From IMG/VR virus record IMGVR_UViG_3300020473_000027: 64,000 nucleotides of DNA; one strand, 5' to 3'. Under the pieces are notes generated by a model, which did no database searches, had not been told where the DNA came from, and was given only the letters and a program-made list of their open reading frames with translations. Shown one piece after another: positions 56,691 to 64,000 of the stretch. Source of the stretch: an uncultured virus (IMG/VR IMGVR_UViG_3300020473_000027). Lineage: Duplodnaviria; Heunggongvirae; Uroviricota; Caudoviricetes. The translations under genes and the position numbers were made by a program. How positions within the stretch are numbered: the first letter of the stretch is position 1; every line of letters begins with the position of its first letter.

Positions 56691-59126
56691 ATGCCTAAAC
56701 AAGTTCATTATATTAGAGACTTCTCAGGTGGTATAAATAGCCAAAGAAACCCGAGAGATATTGCGGAAAATCAATCTCCCTTTTGTCAAGATGCTATGGG
56801 CGATAGAATGGGCTTACTGCGAACCATGGGTAATGGTTCTGGTGCGCCTCGACAAATCAATAATTCTGGCTCTACTAAAACTGTTGCAGCTCTTGGTAGC
56901 ACTGATATGCTTGAAGCTAGAGGTCATGGCTTTAAACATTTTGAATTAGATTACGATGAAGGTGGGAGTGAAGAAGAAGGTGGTGAGCATTATTTTGCCG
57001 TTGTAGATGAAGGTGGAGAGCTTAATGTATGGGATTATAGTAATAATAACTGGACAGCTCCCAGCGGAGGAGATTTAAATTCTAGCGCTGGAGATGTAAA
57101 AGCGGATATTATTTCTTTAGATAATGGGTTAAGAATCCATGATACTGATTTAAGCAATAGTAGCACACCTATATATTATAAACACATTAAGCGCAGTCAA
57201 CTTACAACTGATAGGTCTGGTTTTTATGCTGGAGCTACGACTTTACTTCCTCCTACTGCTGGAGACCATACCGGCTCTGGATATTTAGACGGTTCTGTTA
57301 ATTTTGATATAACCGCTGAAACGGATGCAGCGAGTATTGGCTCATGGAAAGATACAGATTATGTATTTGCTTATAGTTTTGTGTACGATGGAAATCAAGA
57401 ATCAACACTAAGAGTTTGTCCAACAACATTATCAGATGGGAGCGTAACTGCAAATAAACCATTTAAGGTGGATGTAAGAGCGGCCAATGCGACAGGGGCA
57501 ACAGATTTTGATGCCCGTATAACAGGAGCTCGTATTTACTGGAAGTATTACGATGAGGCGCAGGAAAAAATAGCAGAAGGTGAGTGGAACTTATTTGTTG
57601 ATTGTGACTTCACAGGAGGCATTAAAGATGCAACTTGTGATACTACCAATAACGATGAAACTGTTACTATGGATGACACAACTGTTATTAAAGTTGGAAT
57701 GGCTATTACCGGCTCTAATATACCAGCGAATACAAAGGTTGCCTCTATTACGAATAGTACCACTTTTGAAATGACCAATAAAGCTACAGGGGCTGCTACA
57801 AATACTACTTTAGTTTTTAGAGGCTCTGATAAAAGTTTTGGTATACGCGGTAAGCTAAGTGATGAGTATACTATGTGGACACGCGCAGCTGGTGGAGATT
57901 ATACAGCGACTATTATTTTACAAGACCCCTCTATTGACACTTATGCTACTATTAATGGATATGGAAGTAACGAAGGAAAGTTGTATATAGGCGATTCTGC
58001 GGATGGATATAAGGCATCAGTATTCGCCAACCGAAGAATGTTCGTTGGTGGTGTTAAAATGACGTTTGAAGATGGTATACAAAGGCAGATGCTTGATAGA
58101 ATAATGTATTCACCTGTTAATAAACCAGATGTATTCCCATTAAGTAATTTTATTGACGTTGTACAGGGTGATGCGGAACCTTATATTAGATTAGAATCTG
58201 TAGGTAATAAGCTCTTCGCTTTTAAATCGGATAATTTATATGTAATTAATATTGGAAATTCTAATCCTGCTGGTTGGTATTTAGAAAGCACACATAAAGG
58301 TATGGGTGTTATGTCAAGTGGAGCAGTATTTAAAACAGATTTTGGTTTGGTTTGGGCTAACGTAAATGGTCTTTATGCATATCAAGCAGGTGGGGGGCTT
58401 ACAGAATTTACTGAAGATAAATTATTAAGTGGTTATAAAACCGATGGTTACAGCAAACCTTCGTGGGGTAAATTAATTACAGCTGGAACTGTAGTTGGTT
58501 ATGATAAAAAAGAAAAAGAAGTTGTTGTCTTGTTAGATTCTGGGTCTGTAACAAACGACCAAGCTTTTGGAGGAAATGGTGCAGATGTTGTTGTATATGA
58601 TATAGAAACTAAATCTTTTTTCTATGGTAAGAATAGATTATTAAGCGCTGGTATTGCATCTAACTTTGATTACGATTGGAATGGTGATTTGGTCTATGCC
58701 AGTGAAACAAGCGACTCTGTAGATATTAAAGCTTGGCAATCAGATGACCAAACATCTACCGCCTTTTTATACCAGACAAAAGATTTTGATTTTGGTATAC
58801 CTTCAAGGTATAAAAAGATATATGCTGTATACTTAACCTATAAGCATTCTGATAGTAACGCTGCAACAACATTTTTAAAATATGCAAAAGACGGTGGAAC
58901 TTCATTTGTTTCTGTTGATGGGGATGGCTCTACTGAACTAGCAACCAACTCGCTTGACCAAGCAGCAACTTTTGAAATTCATAAAATTACTTTTACAACA
59001 CCCTTAAAATGTCAAAGTATTGCGCTGCAATTAAATGGGCCTACAAGCAATGCAACCAAGCTTGAGATTAACGATATTGGTATTGAATATAGACTATTGC
59101 CAGCAGCGAAGGTAGCAGCTACATAA
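56691..59126 (+). CDS. Tail tubular/nozzle-like protein with one DxTCD insertion
   Basis: Colinear with the protein at 7459. Confidence 0.75.
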   Translation: MPKQVHYIRDFSGGINSQRNPRDIAENQSPFCQDAMGDRMGLLRTMGNGSGAPRQINNSGSTKTVAALGSTDMLEARGHGFKHFELDYDEGGSEEEGGEHYFAVVDEGGELNVWDYSNNNWTAPSGGDLNSSAGDVKADIISLDNGLRIHDTDLSNSSTPIYYKHIKRSQLTTDRSGFYAGATTLLPPTAGDHTGSGYLDGSVNFDITAETDAASIGSWKDTDYVFAYSFVYDGNQESTLRVCPTTLSDGSVTANKPFKVDVRAANATGATDFDARITGARIYWKYYDEAQEKIAEGEWNLFVDCDFTGGIKDATCDTTNNDETVTMDDTTVIKVGMAITGSNIPANTKVASITNSTTFEMTNKATGAATNTTLVFRGSDKSFGIRGKLSDEYTMWTRAAGGDYTATIILQDPSIDTYATINGYGSNEGKLYIGDSADGYKASVFANRRMFVGGVKMTFEDGIQRQMLDRIMYSPVNKPDVFPLSNFIDVVQGDAEPYIRLESVGNKLFAFKSDNLYVINIGNSNPAGWYLESTHKGMGVMSSGAVFKTDFGLVWANVNGLYAYQAGGGLTEFTEDKLLSGYKTDGYSKPSWGKLITAGTVVGYDKKEKEVVVLLDSGSVTNDQAFGGNGADVVVYDIETKSFFYGKNRLLSAGIASNFDYDWNGDLVYASETSDSVDIKAWQSDDQTSTAFLYQTKDFDFGIPSRYKKIYAVYLTYKHSDSNAATTFLKYAKDGGTSFVSVDGDGSTELATNSLDQAATFEIHKITFTTPLKCQSIALQLNGPTSNATKLEINDIGIEYRLLPAAKVAAT

Positions 59127-60100
59127 TGCCTATTACATACGACAAATTAAAAGGTAATTTTATAGCTCCTGAAGAGCAATCTGGAATTAATGATTATGTT
59201 GATACTTCTGTTAGCCATCCTAATAGAGCACCTGTTGTTGGGCGTACTGATGCAAGAGAAGGAACAGTTTTAAGTTATTTTGATGATAGTCGAGGGAATA
59301 TCCAGTCAGTAGGACATGGTGGATATCAAACAGAATCAGCTCAAAGAGTAGAGGATAAGAATAAAGTAGAAGAAGCTTTAGATTTATTTGAATCTGGTGG
59401 TAGCGCTAGAGACTTCTTCGAGATTGGTATTGGTGATGGATTACAAGCAAAATCTGCCGCTAAAGCTGGTGGTAAAACATTTACAGAGTTTGAGGAGGCG
59501 ATTACAGCTGCTTCAGAAACTGCTAGTGGTGGTGTAGACCTAGGCCTTGAAACAACCTTATCTCACAGCTATGTAATGCGTCAAGATTTAGATATACAAA
59601 AAGGTGAACTGGTAAAATTAGATGATAATAATGAAATAGTAAGGGCAGATACTAAAGAAGACCCTACTATTATTGGAATATTATGGATGGATAAAACAGG
59701 GTTAGATAGTGTTAAATTCCTTGATTCTTTTAATAACATTTTACCTGAAGAAGAAAGAGATACTAAAAAGATTGTGCGGGTAGCCTCAATTGGTGATACT
59801 CGTAATTATGCATACAAAGATAATGACAATTATGAGAATGAGTTATTATTGGGATGTAAAGTGTGTAATCAAAATGGAGACATCAAGAAAGGCGACTTAC
59901 TGTGTTCGTCTGATGTCCCGGGTTATTTAATGAAACAACCCGTACAATACATAGTAACAGGATTTAATGATAAGAATGAACCAATTTATGAAAGTAAGCA
60001 AGTGATTGCTAATATTACAGTAGGTAAGTCCATGGAAGATGTCACGTACGATTCCGATGGAAAAGCTGAGAATGTATATGGCTATCTCTATTGCGGGTAA
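59126..60100 (+). CDS. Tail-associated protein with peptidase-G2/IMC-like chaperone C-terminus
   Basis: 'KVCNQNGDIKKGDLLCSSDVPGYLMKQ'; N-terminus shared with 10344. Confidence 0.6.
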   Translation: MPITYDKLKGNFIAPEEQSGINDYVDTSVSHPNRAPVVGRTDAREGTVLSYFDDSRGNIQSVGHGGYQTESAQRVEDKNKVEEALDLFESGGSARDFFEIGIGDGLQAKSAAKAGGKTFTEFEEAITAASETASGGVDLGLETTLSHSYVMRQDLDIQKGELVKLDDNNEIVRADTKEDPTIIGILWMDKTGLDSVKFLDSFNNILPEEERDTKKIVRVASIGDTRNYAYKDNDNYENELLLGCKVCNQNGDIKKGDLLCSSDVPGYLMKQPVQYIVTGFNDKNEPIYESKQVIANITVGKSMEDVTYDSDGKAENVYGYLYCG

Positions 60101-60112
60101 TAAGGTAATATT

Positions 60113-61561
60113 ATGGCAAATAGTTTAATGGAATTATATGGCGGAGGAATGGTAGGCAAATCTAACAATTATCAACTTGGTGGGCGAATAGCAGGAGCTA
60201 GAAGAAGTAGAGAGTACCAAGGTGAGATGAGAGAACTTGAGAGAAAGCAGAGAGAGGCTGCGAAAAGGCAACGAAAAGCAAGCGGATTAGGAAATGTATT
60301 GAGTAAAGTTGGCGCCGTGGCGGGGTCATTTATACCCGGAGTAGGAACAGCTATAGGTTCTGGCATAGGAGCTGGATTAGGTAGAATGCTTGGGGAAAGC
60401 ACATATAAAAGCACTGATTTTGGAGAGGGGAAATATGCAAAACAGTCTCGCTCTGATTTGCAAGGAATGTCAGAAGATTTTAAAAAAAGCATAGGCGAAA
60501 GAGCTTTAGGTGAAGGTGTTACCACAGCAGTTGGTGCATATTTTAAGCCAAAGGCTATAGAGGGAATGCAAGACTTCATTGCTCGAGAAGGATTATTTGG
60601 AAAATCAATTGACCCCGGCGGGAGGTTTGCTAAAAAAGTTACAGAGCAAGGATTAAAAGATAACCCGTGGTTAGACCAAACTGATGCAGAATTTTGGGAT
60701 GAAGTTCCTTTTGCTGCCCCAGAGAGGCCAGTTACCTCCGGGATACCAAAACTTGGTCTTTCTGAACTTACCTTTCCATCTGTAGATGATGTAAATATAC
60801 CAGAGTTACAGCAGGGTATTTTTGATTTAAGACCGTCGTTAGCCGATATATCAATGGAAGATATGATGATTTATGGTAGAAATCCAATTGGGCCATTGTC
60901 TCCAGCAATGATGGCAATGAGGGCGAATCCACGTGCATATAAAAAAGGTGGAGGTCTTGTTGATTATTTAAGGCCAAAGATGCAAGCTGGAGGAAATGTT
61001 AATCCATACGGATACGGGACGGCTATAGACCCGCAAGCAGCATTAAAACAAATGGGAATGGGAACCGTTGCTGCCGACCCAAGATTACAACAATATTTAG
61101 GAGATTTACCATCTTTTCAAATGGGGTATGCTCAGCAGGTTGGAGATTACAGGACAGGTGCCCAACAAGGTTTATTAGGATTGGCTCAAGCAGGCGCTTC
61201 AGGGGCTGGAGGATTTGCTGGCTCAGGAGCTGCAACAACACAATCACAACAACAAAGACAACAAATGGTAGACCAGTTTGGACGCCAAAGACGTGGTGTT
61301 GTTGAGAGTTATCAAGCTGACTTGTTAAGTGCTATTGGGGATATAGAGCGAAAAGGTGAATTTGAGTTTGCTTCTGGAAAAACACCTTGGGAAACTTTAG
61401 GAATTACTGAAGAAGAGTATAACAGAAGAACAGAAGCGGAACGTCAGAGATTACTAAGTCAAGCAGGTAATGTTGGAATTTTAAACCCAACCCAAGGGAC
61501 TGGGACTACAACAACTACAGGCGGAGGCGCTACCCAAACAGGTTCTACTGGTGGTTTGTAA
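60113..61561 (+). CDS. Putative ejection protein
   Basis: Gly-rich hydrophobic hairpin; 'GGFAGSGA' resembles 12814. Confidence 0.55.
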   Translation: MANSLMELYGGGMVGKSNNYQLGGRIAGARRSREYQGEMRELERKQREAAKRQRKASGLGNVLSKVGAVAGSFIPGVGTAIGSGIGAGLGRMLGESTYKSTDFGEGKYAKQSRSDLQGMSEDFKKSIGERALGEGVTTAVGAYFKPKAIEGMQDFIAREGLFGKSIDPGGRFAKKVTEQGLKDNPWLDQTDAEFWDEVPFAAPERPVTSGIPKLGLSELTFPSVDDVNIPELQQGIFDLRPSLADISMEDMMIYGRNPIGPLSPAMMAMRANPRAYKKGGGLVDYLRPKMQAGGNVNPYGYGTAIDPQAALKQMGMGTVAADPRLQQYLGDLPSFQMGYAQQVGDYRTGAQQGLLGLAQAGASGAGGFAGSGAATTQSQQQRQQMVDQFGRQRRGVVESYQADLLSAIGDIERKGEFEFASGKTPWETLGITEEEYNRRTEAERQRLLSQAGNVGILNPTQGTGTTTTTGGGATQTGSTGGL

Positions 61562-61592
61562 TAACGTTAATCAAAATTAAAGGTAAGATATA

Positions 61593-62855
61593 ATGGCAAC
61601 TAGATACGAATTTGGCGATGTTTTGCTTCCTGTGGCTGAAGATTTAGCATCTGCAATCCCACAGGCGATGGCTTATGATAGTCAAATTAAATTAGCCGAA
61701 GCAAAATTAGCATTAGATACTCAGCGTGAAAATAGAATGGCTGAAGCACAAGAGTCTAATATGCAACTAAACAGGGAAAAGCTCAAATTAGACCAAGCGA
61801 ATCACGAGAAAGCGATGGCTTTTCAAAAACAACAAGCAATGGATAGAGAAAAAAATAATCTTCTGCGTCTAGCAAAAGACCCATACCAAAAAGCTATGAT
61901 ATATAGGAAGTATGGAGATTTTGAATCCGCTTCTTATTTTCAAGAAGAGGGGGACAAACAAGAAGACGATAAGGTATCTTTGCGGGATTTTTACTCAACT
62001 ACAGGTAATGAAAATATTATTAAAGAAGGGGTTAAGGTTTTATCAACCATAGACCCTACATCTGGAGCATATGGAAGTGTATTGAAACGAGTAGATGATG
62101 CATTAGATGACCAAAGAAATGTTTACGCCGATATGCTTAAAATACCTGAGTTTAAATTAAGATATGCTGCAATCGAAGCTAAAATTAAAAATCCCATGAG
62201 TACAGATACAGATATTCAATCAGCTATAACGGCATTGCAAGCTATGCAAACTCAGTATGAAAAACGATTTTTTGGTGGCGCAGGTGGAGAAGGTGGAGAA
62301 GGTGGAGAAGGAGGAGCAGGAGGAGCAGGAGGAGCAGGCGGAGCAGGCGGAGCAGGCGGAGCAGGTGGAGCAGGTGATGATGTAAATGATTTACTAAATG
62401 AAAAAGTATTTGAGCCCGAAGGAGCTTTAAGTTTCTTATCTGAGGAGGAAAGGCAGGATGTGAAAGAAAAAGTAGAGCCTTTAGAAAAAAGATATGATGA
62501 ATTATCTGCTCAACTTGCTGAATTGGAAACTCAAAGGCAGGGGAAGTACGATGAACTTAAAAGCAAAAAAGACACCCTATCTAAATTGGCAAAGCAAATT
62601 AAATATTATAGCAGAGTCGGTAATAAAGAAAAGTCCCGAGAAATAAACAAGTCTTATCGTGAGCTGCAATCTGAAATTGCTAGTTTAAGTGGCGAAATAT
62701 CTAAATTAAAAACGTTAGAACGGGGCTTTGGAACTTCTACTGTTTCCCCTCAAGATGAATCTTTAGGTGCTCAGATTACTAGGATAAATCAAGAAATTGG
62801 AAAACTTCGCAGACAAAGCAGAAGATTATCTGGGCAGCCAGCGTATGGTGGGTAA
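61593..62855 (+). CDS. Putative ejection protein, positional equivalent of 14409
   Basis: Coiled coils around a GGE/GGA linker. Confidence 0.55.
   Translation: MATRYEFGDVLLPVAEDLASAIPQAMAYDSQIKLAEAKLALDTQRENRMAEAQESNMQLNREKLKLDQANHEKAMAFQKQQAMDREKNNLLRLAKDPYQKAMIYRKYGDFESASYFQEEGDKQEDDKVSLRDFYSTTGNENIIKEGVKVLSTIDPTSGAYGSVLKRVDDALDDQRNVYADMLKIPEFKLRYAAIEAKIKNPMSTDTDIQSAITALQAMQTQYEKRFFGGAGGEGGEGGEGGAGGAGGAGGAGGAGGAGGAGDDVNDLLNEKVFEPEGALSFLSEEERQDVKEKVEPLEKRYDELSAQLAELETQRQGKYDELKSKKDTLSKLAKQIKYYSRVGNKEKSREINKSYRELQSEIASLSGEISKLKTLERGFGTSTVSPQDESLGAQITRINQEIGKLRRQSRRLSGQPAYGG
62276..62375 (+). repeat. 9-bp tandem repeat encoding GGE/GGA
   Basis: GGTGGAGAA and GG(A/C)GGAGCA units. Confidence 0.85.
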
Positions 62856-62864
62856 TGCTTTTTA

Positions 62865-64000
62865 ATGCCCAAATATAATATAACACAAGAAGAAAGAGAT
62901 TTTTTACAGTCACTCGGCTCCGGGCAATCTGGACGCAATGAAAAGCTATATGGCTTTATCCCGGGTGATTGGCTTCCTAACTGGGTAAAACAAGGGTATA
63001 ACCAAAGTATAGAGGGAATGGCCCAACAGGTTATTAAGGGTGAGCCTGTGTTTACCATAGACCAAACCTATGACCCTAATATGTTAGAAGACGTTGCTTC
63101 AACTGTATTGAGTTTTTTTACACCAACCGACATTGCAACGATGGCGTTAGGTGGCGGCTTAGGAACTGCGGCGATTAAAAAAATAGCAGTTAATAAGATT
63201 GTAAAAGCAGGTGGGCGAAAAGGGCTTGCAAAGAAAGCGGTTGAACAAGCATATCCCAAGGTTGTTAATCAACTTAGAAACCGCGCAGTAACTGGAGCAA
63301 CTGGATTAGGTTTTTATTCTGGCCTTCAATCGGCTCTTGGTCAACAGGTCACTGATGAGGATATTAGCTTCACAAGAACATTAAAAGACACAATAACTGG
63401 AGCGGCGTTGGGTGCAGGAACTGGTGCTTTAGGTGTGGCTTCTAGAAGTGCTGCACTGCAAAGAGGTTTAACACCTACCCAAGCAACTTTAGTTGAAAAA
63501 GGAGCGGAAACCGCACTCTTTGGAACCGCGGGCCCAGTGTTAGAAGGTGAGTTACCTTCTGCTGAATCATACATTCATGCGGCTGGTGTTATTGGTGGAT
63601 TAACTTTAAGTAAAGCGGCTCAGAAAAAAATATTTAAACCAAAAATGAGGGAGGTTGAAGGAGCTGAACTTGAAGCAATTTATAGGGAGAGCGCTGAAGC
63701 GAAAGTAGAACGACTTACTCCCAAAAGGTTACAACAAGAAGTATGGACAAAAGGAAAAGATGATGTAGTTATTATGACTGACTGGGTTAATACCCAAAGA
63801 AACGAACCAATGCTTTCTATTCGCAAGGTTAATAAAGATGGCACGCTGGGTGAATCATCTACTGTCCCTAAAAAGGAGTTTTTTAAACCAGTTAATGAGG
63901 GTGGGTATAGATTAAAGAAGACCAAAGATGGAGTGGACGTAGATGCTAAAATACAAAGAAGAACATTTGAACTAGCTGGTAAAAAAGAATTAGACATGAT
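62865..64000 (+). CDS. 3'-truncated large internal virion protein, homologue of 16051
   Basis: 'DWLP.W.KQGYNQSIEGMAQ' matches 'DWLPDVFKKGYNESLTGMAQ'; absent from the ORF track, which shows no stop for it. Confidence 0.8.
   Translation, partial: MPKYNITQEERDFLQSLGSGQSGRNEKLYGFIPGDWLPNWVKQGYNQSIEGMAQQVIKGEPVFTIDQTYDPNMLEDVASTVLSFFTPTDIATMALGGGLGTAAIKKIAVNKIVKAGGRKGLAKKAVEQAYPKVVNQLRNRAVTGATGLGFYSGLQSALGQQVTDEDISFTRTLKDTITGAALGAGTGALGVASRSAALQRGLTPTQATLVEKGAETALFGTAGPVLEGELPSAESYIHAAGVIGGLTLSKAAQKKIFKPKMREVEGAELEAIYRESAEAKVERLTPKRLQQEVWTKGKDDVVIMTDWVNTQRNEPMLSIRKVNKDGTLGESSTVPKKEFFKPVNEGGYRLKKTKDGVDVDAKIQRRTFELAGKKELDM

Larger units (their letters stand above)
53791..64000 (+). mobile_element. 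Partial genome of a second, related phage (Y); 1-1959 probably belongs to it too
   Basis: Syntenic, diverged homologues of the genes at 2768-19632; no GATC found by eye, unlike X. Confidence 0.7.

Noticed and set aside
1803..63997. Many short antisense ORFs in the track (e.g. 1803, 10035, 13551, 42240, 51600, 60172, 63068-63997)
   Set aside because: Shadows of long sense genes, with no SD or recognisable motifs.
1..64000. tRNA/rRNA genes, integrase/att sites, stop-codon reassignment
   Set aside because: No cloverleaf or integrase motif recognised by eye (a tRNAscan/Aragorn run would be needed to exclude tRNAs); genes tile densely under the standard code using all three stops.

Overview
AT-rich dsDNA tailed-phage sequence (podovirus-like gene set, probably marine), with no host DNA. 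It most likely holds one complete ~51.2-kb circular genome ('X', ~1960-53116). X is bounded by a perfect 674-bp direct repeat inside a tail-fibre gene (1960-2633 = 53117-53790) and flanked by pieces of a second, related phage ('Y', 1-1959 and 53791-64000) that repeats the tail/lysis/ejection module in diverged form. Order in X: tail fibres, a large lysis cassette, tail and ejection proteins (+, 2.8-20.9 kb); bS21, DnaB, DNA MTase, resolvase, SSB/Sak/Cas4-like nuclease (-, 20.9-27.7 kb); a double amidoligase + class II GATase module and small early genes (-, 27.9-35.2 kb); exonuclease, terminase, GGCT, portal, scaffold, capsid, adaptors and fibres (+, 36.8-53.1 kb). Most notable: (1) a ~65-aa 'DxTCD' domain inserted in-frame at independent sites in virion proteins; (2) a circularly permuted lysozyme-like domain in an ejection protein; (3) an inverted pair of divergent-promoter + (TA)n cassettes bracketing the amidoligase module; (4) phage bS21 together with an AUA-initiated portal and apparently leaderless transcripts; (5) apparent GATC absence in Y but not X. 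All product calls come from motif recognition by eye; no database searches were run.
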